A stretch of DNA of 64,000 bases, from assembly GCA_963741715.1 (NCBI GenBank), contig CAVUJA010000002.1, positions 753,764 through 817,763 on the forward strand. Direction: 5' to 3'. Origin of the DNA: an uncultured Acidobacteriota bacterium. GTDB taxonomy: Bacteria; Acidobacteriota; Vicinamibacteria; Vicinamibacterales; Fen-181. Made by a program: the position numbers and the translations under genes. Shown here piece after piece: positions 38,041 through 47,468 of this stretch; within the stretch, counting starts at the first letter, position 1, and each line of letters starts with the position of its first letter. Below the pieces are notes generated by a model. That model had not been told where the DNA came from, searched no databases, and saw only the letters and a program-made list of their open reading frames with translations.

Positions 38041-39338
38041 TTCTGCGCAGCACTCGTCTCGAGGCCCCGCCCGTCAACTTCCGCGAGGCGCTCCTGCGCG
38101 GCCTCGCGCCCGACGGGGGTTTGTACCTGCCGACCGGGCTGACGCCGCTGCCGCCCTCGTCGATCGCGTCGTGGCAGGGGCTGCCCATCGGCGAGATCGC
38201 GGTGCGCGTGCTCTCGCACTTGGTGGGCGACGAGTTCGACCGGACGGCGTTCGCGTCGCTCGTCCGAGACGCGTTCGACTTTCCGGCGCCCACCGTGCCC
38301 GTCGGCGACCGCATCTCCGTCCTCGAGCTCTTTCACGGGCCGACGATGGCCTTCAAGGACTTTGGCGCGAGGTTCCTGGCGCGAACCTTCGGCTACCTGC
38401 TGGCTGAACGCGGCGACCACGCGACGATCCTCGTGGCCACCTCGGGCGACACCGGCAGTGCGGTGGCGCAGGGGTTCTTCGGCGTGCCGCGCGTGCAGGT
38501 GGTGGTGCTGTACCCGGCAGGCAAGGTGTCGCCGTTCCAGGAAGCGCAGATGGCGACGCTCGGCGGCAACGTCCGGGCCGTGCGCGTGCCGGGCACGTTC
38601 GACGACTGCCAGCGCCTGGTGAAGCGGGCCTTCCTCGACCAGGGTCTGGCCGCGCTCAACCTCTCGTCGGCCAATTCGATCAACATCGGCCGGCTGCTGC
38701 CGCAGTCCGTCTACTACTTCGCGAGCTGGCTGGACGTTGGCGGCCCCGGGGTCGGCGAGGTGGTGTTCGCGGTGCCCAGCGGGAACCTCGGCAACCTGAC
38801 CGCCGGCATCATCGCGCAGCGTCTCGGCCTCCCGGCCGCGCGGTTCATCGCCGCCGCGAACGAGAACGACGTGCTGCCCGCCTACGTTGCGAGCGGCGCC
38901 TACGCGGCGAAACAGGCGGTTGCCACGATCTCGAGCGCGATGGACGTGGGGGACCCGAGCAACTTCCCGCGCCTGGCGCAGCTGCACGGCGAAGCGCTCG
39001 AACGGCTTCGGGCGAACCTCACCGCCGTCTCGATTACCGACGCCGAGACGCGGCGGGTGATCCGTGACGTGCATGCCGAGTGCGGCTACGTGCTGGACCC
39101 GCACGGGGCGGTCGGCATGGCGGCAGCCCGCCGCGCCAGGCATGCGCAAGGCGAGGGCCGGCCGATCGTCACCCTCGCGACGGCCCATCCGGCCAAGTTC
39201 GCCGACGTGCTTCGACAGGAGCTGGGCATCGAGCCGCCCATACCCGAGGCGTGGCGCGACTGGCAGTCGCGCCCGCTCCAGGCGCACGATCTCGACAACC
39301 TGGACTACGAGACGTTCAGGCGATTCCTGGCTGGATGA
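38037..39338 (+). CDS. thrC: Threonine synthase
   Basis: ELFHGPTMAFKDFG (PLP lysine), ATSGDTGSA, SANSINIGRLLPQ. Confidence 0.95.
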   Translation: MILRSTRLEAPPVNFREALLRGLAPDGGLYLPTGLTPLPPSSIASWQGLPIGEIAVRVLSHLVGDEFDRTAFASLVRDAFDFPAPTVPVGDRISVLELFHGPTMAFKDFGARFLARTFGYLLAERGDHATILVATSGDTGSAVAQGFFGVPRVQVVVLYPAGKVSPFQEAQMATLGGNVRAVRVPGTFDDCQRLVKRAFLDQGLAALNLSSANSINIGRLLPQSVYYFASWLDVGGPGVGEVVFAVPSGNLGNLTAGIIAQRLGLPAARFIAAANENDVLPAYVASGAYAAKQAVATISSAMDVGDPSNFPRLAQLHGEALERLRANLTAVSITDAETRRVIRDVHAECGYVLDPHGAVGMAAARRARHAQGEGRPIVTLATAHPAKFADVLRQELGIEPPIPEAWRDWQSRPLQAHDLDNLDYETFRRFLAG

Positions 39339-39344
39339 CCGCCG

Positions 39345-39818
39345 CTACGACGACGTCGCGTAGTGGATGGCCGTGATCGTGTAGGCGAGCGTGAGGCTCG
39401 GATCGAACGGCCCCGCGTCCCAGAACTTCACGCACACGTCGGTTTCGATCGAGGCCGTCCCCGTCAGCGAGGTGGAAGGCACCGCCGCCGTTGTGGAGTA
39501 CACGACGGTGCAGGACGTGCCGTCCCACATCCCGAACGCCAGGCCCAGCGGGGGGATGACCGTCGAGGGGTCGAGCGTCGCCAGCGTGACCACGAAGAAC
39601 CCGGGCGCCGTGTGAAAGACGTGATTGTTGGTGCCGCCGCTGGCCAGGGTTCCCGTGAACGTCTCGGTCTTCGTCACCGTCGAAGTTGCCGAGGTGGTGG
39701 TCGTCGTCGAGGTGGTGGTCGTCGTCGTTGACGGCGACGTGGTGGAATTGCTGCAGCCGGCAACGAGGACGGCCAGCGGCAGCAGGAACACGCCAATACG
39801 AAGAGCGGGTCGAATCAT
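39345..39818 (-). CDS. Lipoprotein with Thr/Ser-rich linker, function unknown
   Basis: ATG at 39818 after GGAG. Lipobox signal MIRPALRIGVFLLPLAVLVAGC, a poly-Thr/Ser linker, then a beta-rich domain. Convergent with thrC, 6 nt apart. Confidence 0.7.
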   Translation of the reverse strand: MIRPALRIGVFLLPLAVLVAGCSNSTTSPSTTTTTTSTTTTTSATSTVTKTETFTGTLASGGTNNHVFHTAPGFFVVTLATLDPSTVIPPLGLAFGMWDGTSCTVVYSTTAAVPSTSLTGTASIETDVCVKFWDAGPFDPSLTLAYTITAIHYATSS

Positions 39819-39980
39819 TCCTGGCTCCGGAGATGTCGAGAGCGTCGGCACGACGTCTTCACTCCCAGTGTAACTCACCTCGTCTAGCAAGAACCGCACC
39901 AAGCTGATCCTTGGAGAACCGGCCTGAAATGGGCTCCAGGAAGTCCTCGGTCATCCCGCCGGTGTCCCCGAAAAGGGTCG

Positions 39981-41627
39981 CTACTGTCGCTCGTACACGA
40001 CCTTCCCGCCGCAAATCGTCATGTCGACGCGAAGGTCTCGAAGCGCTTCCGGCGGGACCTCGAACGGGTCGGCCGACAGCAGCGCGAGGTCGGCCAGCTT
40101 CCCGGGCGTGATCGACCCCTTTTCGCGCTCCGTGAATTCGGCGTACGCGGCGCCCATCGTGTAGGCCTCGATCGCCCGGCCGACGTCGATCTTCTGCTCG
40201 GGCACCCAGCCGCCCGGCCGCTTGCCGTCGAGCGTGGCGCGGGTCACTGCGGCGTAGATGCCCTGCACCGGGTCGATCGGCGCCACCGGCCAGTCGCTGC
40301 CGAAGGCGAGCCTCACCGCGTGGTCGGCGAACGAGCGGAACGCGTAGGCGCTCGCGGCTCGGGCGGCGCCAATCCGCGTCTCGGCCCACTGCCCGTCGTC
40401 GATCAGGTGATAGGGCTGCACGGAAGCGATGGCGCCCAGCCGGGCGTACCGCTCGAAGTCCGGCGGCGCCACGTGCTGCGAGTGCTCGATGCGCGGCCGG
40501 CGGTCGCGCGGCCCGTTGGCCTGCTCGACGTCCGCGAACAGGTCGAGCACCATCGCGACGGCGCGGTCGCCGATGGCATGGATGCACAACTGCTCGCCGG
40601 CTCTGTCGATGGCGACGAGGCGGGCCCGCATCTCGTCGAGCGGCTGCATCTCGTCGGCGAGGAGGCCGCGCGAGTCGGGGGCATCCGAATACGGCTCGAA
40701 GAAATACGCTGTCGCCGAACCGAGTGACCCGTCGGCGAACCCTTTCGCGCCGCTGACGCGAAAGAACGGGAGCGATCGCCTCGTGACGGGACCCGCGGCG
40801 AGCCTCTTTGCACAGGCGACTTCGGCCGTCACGGCGCGAATCCTCGCGGTCAGTTCGCCGGCCGCCGCCAGCGCCTCGTAGACCGCGACATCGTCCGGGG
40901 CGGGCCCCATGTCCTGGACGCTCGTGACGCCGAGCGAGGCCATGTGCGCGAGCGCCCGCTTCAGCCTTTGCACGCGCTGGTCCCGGGTGGCCGCCGGGAT
41001 CACCTCGAGAACGTACGCCTGCGCGGCGTCCTTGAGAACGCCGGTCGGGTCGCCGCCCGCATCGCGGACGATCGCTCCGCCCGGTGGGTCTGGCGTCCCC
41101 GCCGTCACGCCGGCGAGACGCAGGGCAACGGAATTGGCGAGCGACATGTGTTCGTCGGAGCGGTTGACGAACACGGGCGTGGCGGGCGTCAGCGCGTCGA
41201 TCATCTGGCGCGTCGGCAGCGGCGCGCCGGGCCATGCCTGCTCGTCCCAGTTGCCGCCGAGCACCCACTCGCCCTTGCCCCCCAGACGCGCGCGCTCGCC
41301 GATGCGCCGCGCGAACTCCTCGGGCGTCGGCGCGTCCTTCAGATTGACGCTGTCCAGCTGCGATCCGCCTGTCATCAGGTGAACGTGGGCGTCGTTGAAG
41401 CCGGGCATCAGGAAGCGGCCGCCGCCGTCCACGACGCGAGTGTTCGGTCCGCGCAGCGCCTCCACGTCGGCGCGGGCACCGACGGCGGAGATCCGGTCTC
41501 CCGTCACGGCGACCGCCTCGGCTTCGAGTGTCGAAGGATCGACCGTCCAGACCCGGGCATTGACGACGATCACGTCGGCCGAACGCCGGCCCGCCGCGAG
41601 GGTGGAGGGCGGTCTTTCATTCGTCAT
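39981..41627 (-). CDS. Amidohydrolase family metal-dependent hydrolase (Amidohydro_3/YtcJ-like)
   Basis: 548-aa ORF. VVNARVWTVD..., PGFNDAHVHL (HxH metal site), IHAIGDRA, SDWPVAP. Confidence 0.85.
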   Translation of the reverse strand: MTNERPPSTLAAGRRSADVIVVNARVWTVDPSTLEAEAVAVTGDRISAVGARADVEALRGPNTRVVDGGGRFLMPGFNDAHVHLMTGGSQLDSVNLKDAPTPEEFARRIGERARLGGKGEWVLGGNWDEQAWPGAPLPTRQMIDALTPATPVFVNRSDEHMSLANSVALRLAGVTAGTPDPPGGAIVRDAGGDPTGVLKDAAQAYVLEVIPAATRDQRVQRLKRALAHMASLGVTSVQDMGPAPDDVAVYEALAAAGELTARIRAVTAEVACAKRLAAGPVTRRSLPFFRVSGAKGFADGSLGSATAYFFEPYSDAPDSRGLLADEMQPLDEMRARLVAIDRAGEQLCIHAIGDRAVAMVLDLFADVEQANGPRDRRPRIEHSQHVAPPDFERYARLGAIASVQPYHLIDDGQWAETRIGAARAASAYAFRSFADHAVRLAFGSDWPVAPIDPVQGIYAAVTRATLDGKRPGGWVPEQKIDVGRAIEAYTMGAAYAEFTEREKGSITPGKLADLALLSADPFEVPPEALRDLRVDMTICGGKVVYERQ

Positions 41628-41630
41628 CGT

Positions 41631-42890
41631 TCACGTCTCACTGGCACGGGCGATGTCGCCGTAGCGGTGCCGGTAGCGTCGCAGCGCGGGCGTCGCAGCC
41701 GCCACCCAGCCGGTCGCCGCCACCGACGCCAGCCCGCCGCTGACCACCGACACGACCGGGCCCCACCAGTTCGCGACGAGGCCCGCCTCAAGTTCGCCCA
41801 GTTGGGGGCCTCCCATGAAGAACACCATGTTGACGCCGACCATCCGGCCGCGCAGGTGATCGGGCGTCTCGAGTTGGCGCACGATGTTCCGCAGGACCAT
41901 GCCCACGGTGTCGGCGGCGCCCGTCACCCCGAGGCACGCGAAGGTCAGCCAGAACTGGCGGGACACGCCGAAGACCACCGTCGCCGCGCCGTAGACCGCC
42001 ACCGACCACAGCAGCATCCGCCCGCGCTGCTCGATGGCATCCACCGTCTGCACCATCACGACGCTCGCCAGCAGCGCGCCGACGGCAGGCGCGGCGTACA
42101 GCAGCCCGTAGCCGTGCGCCCCGACCTTCAGGATGTCCTGGGCGAAGATCGGCAGAAGCGCCGTCGCCGACGCGAAGAACGTCGCGAAGAAGTCGAGCAG
42201 CATCGTCGAGCGGATCATCGGCGACGCGAAGACGAACCGGAGCCCTTCGGCCGCGGCGTTCAGGCTGATGTCGCTGCTCGCCTCCCTCGACGCGGAGCGG
42301 GCGTGGCGCATCATCAGCAACCCCACGATGACGGCCAGGAACGACAGCGCGTTGAACGCGTACGCCCACGCCACGCCGCCGAGACCGATGGTGAGGCCGG
42401 CCAGCGACGGCCCGGCCACCGACGCGGCCTGGAAGATGATCGTGTTGAGCGCCAGCGCGTTGGCCAGGTCCTCGCGCGGCACGAGATTCGGGATCAGCGC
42501 CTGCCGGGCCGGGGCGTCGAACGCGCCGGCGGCTGACGTGAGCGCGGCCAGCAGGTAGATGGGCCAGATCGACGACAGCCCGCCGAACGTCAGCCACGCC
42601 AGCAAGCCGGCCAGCAGCGCCATCGCCGACTGCGTGACCAGCATCAGCCGGCGCCGGTCGAGCACGTCCGCCACCACGCCGCTGAACAGCGAGAAGACGA
42701 CGACCGGCAGCACCCGTACGAGGCCGACGAGCCCGAGCGCCAGCCCCTTCCGGCCGGGCGGCGCGAGCAGCGACACGTGCCACAGGATCGCGGCGGTCTG
42801 CATCATCGTGCCCGAGACCGAGATGAGCTGGCCGGTCCACAGCAGCCGGAAGTTCCGATGGCGAAGCGCGGGGAAGGATCGCACAGGCAC
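41631..42890 (-). CDS. MFS transporter
   Basis: 419 aa with about 12 TM segments. N-terminus LRHRNFRLLWTGQLISVSGTMMQ is typical of the MFS_3/EntS-like group. Confidence 0.85.
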   Translation of the reverse strand: MPVRSFPALRHRNFRLLWTGQLISVSGTMMQTAAILWHVSLLAPPGRKGLALGLVGLVRVLPVVVFSLFSGVVADVLDRRRLMLVTQSAMALLAGLLAWLTFGGLSSIWPIYLLAALTSAAGAFDAPARQALIPNLVPREDLANALALNTIIFQAASVAGPSLAGLTIGLGGVAWAYAFNALSFLAVIVGLLMMRHARSASREASSDISLNAAAEGLRFVFASPMIRSTMLLDFFATFFASATALLPIFAQDILKVGAHGYGLLYAAPAVGALLASVVMVQTVDAIEQRGRMLLWSVAVYGAATVVFGVSRQFWLTFACLGVTGAADTVGMVLRNIVRQLETPDHLRGRMVGVNMVFFMGGPQLGELEAGLVANWWGPVVSVVSGGLASVAATGWVAAATPALRRYRHRYGDIARASET

Positions 42891-42896
42891 GGCGGG

Positions 42897-43376
42897 TCAG
42901 ACGGGCAGGTCGACGATCTCCACCGACGCCTGGCCGTCGCGGATCGTCAGCCGGGCCACACTGGGTTTCAGGTGGAATCGACGGGGACCGGCGGCTCCCG
43001 GGTTCACGACCAGCCGCCCTGCGGACTCGACGAGCAGCGGGCGGTGCGTGTGGCCGTAGACGATCACGTCCGCGTCGTATCGCTCCAGCAGCCTCGCCGG
43101 CGTCGGGCTGCCCAACTCGTGGCCGTGGCTGACGTGAACCGTCACCCCGCCCACGGTCTCTGCGAAGTGCCGGGAGAGAGACGGATCGCCGGGGGGATCG
43201 GTGTTGCCATAGACGGCCTGAACCGGCGCAATCCTCGAGAGGATGAGGAGCACGTCGCGGCCGCCGACGTCGCCCGCGTGGAAGATCTCGGCAACGCCGT
43301 CGAAGGCGGAGAACACCTCGGGGCGGACGAGGCCGTGGGTGTCCGAGATGAGGCCGATGACTCGCGCGCTGCCCAT
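42897..43376 (-). CDS. Metallophosphoesterase, YfcE/MJ0936 family
   Basis: ISDTHG, HAGD, GNTD, HGH, GHTH motif series. Confidence 0.9.
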   Translation of the reverse strand: MGSARVIGLISDTHGLVRPEVFSAFDGVAEIFHAGDVGGRDVLLILSRIAPVQAVYGNTDPPGDPSLSRHFAETVGGVTVHVSHGHELGSPTPARLLERYDADVIVYGHTHRPLLVESAGRLVVNPGAAGPRRFHLKPSVARLTIRDGQASVEIVDLPV

Positions 43377-43386
43377 CGGCCTCGCC

Positions 43387-44154
43387 TCACGCGGCGTCCG
43401 TCAGCGCGAAGACTCCCACGAGCGCGCCGCCCGGATCCTTCAACACCGCGTATCTCCCGCGGCCAGGCACGTCCCCGGGCGGGGTGACCAGCGTCCCTCC
43501 AAGGTCCACCGCCAGAGCGGCGGTCTCCTCGGCGCTCACCACCTGCACGTACGGCACCCAGCAGCATGGGCTTGGGGCACCGGGGTCCTGCACCATGCCC
43601 GCCACGTCTCGCGTGCCCGCCCGGAAGACCCAGTAGCGGCCCGCGCGACCGACGTGACGTTCGGCGACCGTCCAGCCGGCGATCGCCTGGTAGAACGCGG
43701 CCGCCGAGTCGGGGTCGTCCGTGGCCAACTCCGTCCAGCAGAACCTGCCCGGAGCCGTCGCATCCCCCGTCTGGGCCCATCCCGGCCCCGGTCCGGAGAT
43801 GCAGAACAGCGCGCCCAGAGGGTCCGCAATCACGATCGCCTGGCCGACCGGCCCCGCCTGGCACTCGATGCGCGAGCCCAACTTCAGCACGCCGGCGGAG
43901 GCCGCCTCGACGTCGGCCACCGCCAGGCAGGGCAACCAGCGCGAGCCGTCAGGCATCCCGTCGGTCTCGCCCGCCGTCGCCACCTCGACGTCGCCGGACC
44001 TGAACGTCGTCGTGCCCGGGGCGCCCGCCGGCCGGAGTTCCCGCCTCGTCCACCCGAAGAGCGCGCCGTAGAACCGGACCGCCGCATCCGGGTCGGCGGT
44101 GGCCAGGTGGTGGCAGGCGAACGAACCGATGGCTGACGGTCGGCTGTGGGGCAC
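43387..44154 (-). CDS. Tandem VOC (glyoxalase/bleomycin-resistance fold) protein
   Basis: Two repeats of the pattern F.W.EL.T.DP..A..FY....GW..., each ending ...GG.L..P..D.P.GRYAV..DP.GA.FGV. Confidence 0.75.
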   Translation of the reverse strand: MPHSRPSAIGSFACHHLATADPDAAVRFYGALFGWTRRELRPAGAPGTTTFRSGDVEVATAGETDGMPDGSRWLPCLAVADVEAASAGVLKLGSRIECQAGPVGQAIVIADPLGALFCISGPGPGWAQTGDATAPGRFCWTELATDDPDSAAAFYQAIAGWTVAERHVGRAGRYWVFRAGTRDVAGMVQDPGAPSPCCWVPYVQVVSAEETAALAVDLGGTLVTPPGDVPGRGRYAVLKDPGGALVGVFALTDAA

Positions 44155-44242
44155 TCGAGGGATTATGGCACGTACGCGACGGGAAGGGCCGGGGCCGGAA
44201 GTCTTCCCGGAACCCGGCCCATCGAAATCGCTCGAAGCGCGA

Positions 44243-45610
44243 CTAGAAGCGGATTGAAAGTGACGCGCCGACCAGGTTCGCGCCGAAGCTGTAGATGCCG
44301 TTGTTGTCGCTGACGACCGGCACCGGGCCCGCCCCGGCGTACGAACGGCCGGCGCGATCGGGCTGGCCGATATACATGTAGGACGCGTCGAACCGCAGCT
44401 TCTTCGACAGCTCCGAGCCGAAGCCCACCGTGAACTCGCGCCGCGACCCTTCCGGCAGGTTCGGCGTCACCGACTGGTCCGGCGACGCCGGACCGTGGAC
44501 GTTGAAGCCGCCGCGCAGTTCGCTCTTCGCGCCGAGGGCGATCTCCGTCCCCATGCGGAAGCCGCTGACGTTGTTGTACGACTCGATGATCGAGCTGTCG
44601 AGATACTGGCCGTCGATCGGCAGCACGTCGAACTTCACCCAGTTGGTCCACTGGTAGTCGAAGAACAACTTCACCGTCGGGGCGGCCTTGATCATCACGC
44701 CGGCCACGAATTGGGCCGGAAGCGGAATGTTGGTCTTGGCGGTCTGGTCGCTGAGCTTTGCGCCCGCCGCGAACTGGCCGGCAACGGCGTCGTCGATCGA
44801 ACCGCCGCCCAGCTGGGGTGGGAACTTCAGCCCCGTCATGATCTGGGTCGTGTCAATCGTCCCGCTGTTGACAGCGACCGACTGGCCCGAGAGGTAGCGG
44901 ACGCCGAACGAGAAGCGATCGCTCGGACTGACCAACAGGCCCAGGTGGTAGCCCGCGTGCCAGGTGTTGCCCTTCAACTGGACGTCGGCGAAGTCCGTGT
45001 ATTTCGGGACCCCGATCGCCGCGAACGGCACACCGGGCCGGAGGTACTGTGTGGAGAGGTCCACGCGCTGCCTGAGTTCGACGTTCAGGTAGGTCGCATC
45101 GACGCCGAAGCCAAGTGACACCTTGTCGTTCAGCTTGACCGCAAGCGTCGGCTGAACGTAGACGCCCTGCACGACGCTCTTGTAGCCCAGGTAACGGCCC
45201 TGCGAGGTCACGGGCCAGTCGGTGGTCAGGCCGTATGGCGCCATCACGCCAACGCCGAACGCATAGCGGTTCGCGAAGGGCGTCGAGAAGTAGATGTTCG
45301 GCACCGGGTACCACTTCTTGTTGAGACTGCTCACGGTGCCCTTCATCGACGTGCTGGACGTGTCGGTGAAATCACCGTACGGCCCGATGAGGAACGCGCC
45401 CAGCGTCATCACCTTGCCGTCGTTGACCAGCGAGGCGGGATTGAAGAACATCCCCGAGCCGTCGTGGCACGGGTCGGCCACGCCGGCGCCGCCGCGGCCG
45501 GTCATGCAGGCGCCCTGTTCGTAGACGCCGAAGCCCTGCGCGGACACCGGCAGCACGCCAACGATGCTCAGTAATGCGCCGAGCACACAGATTCCGAGAA
45601 ATCGATGCAT
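44243..45610 (-). CDS. Outer-membrane long-chain fatty acid/hydrophobic compound channel, FadL/TodX family
   Basis: ATG after GGAGG. Signal peptide ...VGVLPVSAQG, N-terminal GFGVYEQGACMTGRGGAGVA hatch-like segment, beta-barrel ending ...SLSIRF. Confidence 0.85.
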   Translation of the reverse strand: MHRFLGICVLGALLSIVGVLPVSAQGFGVYEQGACMTGRGGAGVADPCHDGSGMFFNPASLVNDGKVMTLGAFLIGPYGDFTDTSSTSMKGTVSSLNKKWYPVPNIYFSTPFANRYAFGVGVMAPYGLTTDWPVTSQGRYLGYKSVVQGVYVQPTLAVKLNDKVSLGFGVDATYLNVELRQRVDLSTQYLRPGVPFAAIGVPKYTDFADVQLKGNTWHAGYHLGLLVSPSDRFSFGVRYLSGQSVAVNSGTIDTTQIMTGLKFPPQLGGGSIDDAVAGQFAAGAKLSDQTAKTNIPLPAQFVAGVMIKAAPTVKLFFDYQWTNWVKFDVLPIDGQYLDSSIIESYNNVSGFRMGTEIALGAKSELRGGFNVHGPASPDQSVTPNLPEGSRREFTVGFGSELSKKLRFDASYMYIGQPDRAGRSYAGAGPVPVVSDNNGIYSFGANLVGASLSIRF

Positions 45611-45752
45611 CGCTCCACTTCCTCCACTTGCGGGGGCTTCCCCGGACTACGGGGATCCTTGCCAGCTCGTCGTTTTGGCCGTCGGAAGGCTAGCATAGGG
45701 CGGCTCACCCGGGAAACAGTTTCTGCCGAGCTGGCCGGCAATCCTCCGGAGG

Positions 45753-47468
45753 TCAGCGCCTGAAGCCCGGACCACGCAGCGGCCTGCCCGGCCGCTCCCC
45801 GGTGATCTTCCCTCCGTCGACGACCGCGCGGCCGTTGACGAGGACGAAGCGGACGCCGACCGCGTAGTGCATCGGGTCCTCGTAGGTCGCCACGTCCCGA
45901 ATCGTGGCGGGATCGAACACCGTGACGTCGGCCGCCATGCCGGGGCGCAGGATTCCGCGGTCCTGCAAGTGCACCCGGGTGGCCGGCTGCGAGGTCATCT
46001 TCCTCACCGCCTCCTCGAGGCGAAGCACCTGCTCTTCGCGCACGTATCGGCCCAGGATGCGCGCGAACGTGCCGAAGCCGCGCGGGTGCCCTTTCGACTC
46101 GGCCAGCGGCCCGTCCTCGGCCTGCGCGCCCGAGTCCGTGTCGAAGCTCACCAGGGGATGCTTCATCGCCGCCACCACGTCGTCCTCGCGCATGATGGAG
46201 ATGATCACGCCGCTGTTGGCCCGGTCCGCGATCACGAGGTCCATGACGGCGTCGCGGGGGTCCTTCCCCATTTCCTTGCCGATGGCGGTCAACGTCATCC
46301 CCTCGTAGTGTCTGAGCTTCGGGTCGAGCACCGAGGCCACCATCACCCCGTCGCCCCCGCCCGAGCCGAACCACTGGTTCTCCCAGCCTTCGGCGTTGGG
46401 GTCGTCCATCTCCTTCCGGATGCGCGCGCGCGCCGCCGGGTCCGCGAGCCGCGCAATCATCGCGTCGGTGCCGCCTTCGCGGGCCCACATCGGCAGGCAG
46501 GCGTCGAGGCCGTTCGCCGCGCGGGTGTAGGGATACTGGTCGGCGGTGATGTCGAGCCCTCGCGCGCGCGCCGCCTCGATGCGCGCCAGCACCTCGGGCA
46601 TCCGGCCCCAGTTGGCCTTGTAGGCGGTCTTCAAGTGCCAGATCTCGGCCGGGATCCTGGCTCGCTCGGCGATGGCGAACGCCTCGTCGAGCGCCTCGTC
46701 GATGCGCCCGCTCTCCGAGCGCACGTGGGTGAAATAGACGCCGCCGTAACCGGCGGCGACGCTGGCGAGTTCGACGAGTTCTTCGGTGGAAGCGAACCGC
46801 CCAGGCACGTACTGCAGCGAGGTGCTGATGCCGAGCGCGCCCTCCTCCATCGCGGTAGCCACCAGTTGCTTCATCTGGGCGAGCTCCGCCGCCGTCGCCC
46901 TCCGGTTCTCCTTGCCGATGACGTAGGTGCGAAGGCCGTCGGCGCCGACGAAGCTGGCGATGTTGATGGCCGGGTGCGAGCGCTCCTCGAGGCGCCGGAA
47001 GTACTCGCCGAGCGTCTTCCAGTCGAGCGTCACGTTGAAGTGGCGAAACAGCTCCGCCTGGTCTTCGAAAACCCGCTGGTTGACGGGCCCGATCGACGTT
47101 CCCTCACCCGTCACCTCGGTCGTCACGCCCTGCATGATCTTGCTCGCCGCGCGACCGTCCACGAGCACGTTGAACTCGGATTGCCCGAGCAGGTCGATGA
47201 ACCCGGGAGCGACGACGAGGTTCCGGGCGTCGATCCTCCGAACGGCCGTGGCCGACTCGAGGTCGCCGATGGCCGCGATGCGGTCGCCGCGAATCCCCAC
47301 GTCGGCGACGAACCAGGGCGCACCGGTGCCGTCCACGACGCGGCCGCCGGCGAACACCAGGTCGAACTGCGGGGGAACTTGTGCCGGCGCCGCGGAGAGG
47401 GCTGCCAGGACGGCAGCTGCAGCGACGACCACGGCGACCGAACCCATCTGGCGGAAGGAGTGCGTCAC
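45753..47468 (-). CDS. Secreted N-acyl-D-amino-acid deacylase (D-aminoacylase) family amidohydrolase
   Basis: Only the C-terminal 572 codons of ORF 45753..49286 are meaningful. GTG at 47468 overlaps the AAA gene stop (GTGA). Signal peptide [30 protein letters not shown]. Then GGRVVDGTG, PGFIDLLGQSE, YFTHVRSE, DQYPY. Confidence 0.85.
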   Translation of the reverse strand: MTHSFRQMGSVAVVVAAAAVLAALSAAPAQVPPQFDLVFAGGRVVDGTGAPWFVADVGIRGDRIAAIGDLESATAVRRIDARNLVVAPGFIDLLGQSEFNVLVDGRAASKIMQGVTTEVTGEGTSIGPVNQRVFEDQAELFRHFNVTLDWKTLGEYFRRLEERSHPAINIASFVGADGLRTYVIGKENRRATAAELAQMKQLVATAMEEGALGISTSLQYVPGRFASTEELVELASVAAGYGGVYFTHVRSESGRIDEALDEAFAIAERARIPAEIWHLKTAYKANWGRMPEVLARIEAARARGLDITADQYPYTRAANGLDACLPMWAREGGTDAMIARLADPAARARIRKEMDDPNAEGWENQWFGSGGGDGVMVASVLDPKLRHYEGMTLTAIGKEMGKDPRDAVMDLVIADRANSGVIISIMREDDVVAAMKHPLVSFDTDSGAQAEDGPLAESKGHPRGFGTFARILGRYVREEQVLRLEEAVRKMTSQPATRVHLQDRGILRPGMAADVTVFDPATIRDVATYEDPMHYAVGVRFVLVNGRAVVDGGKITGERPGRPLRGPGFRR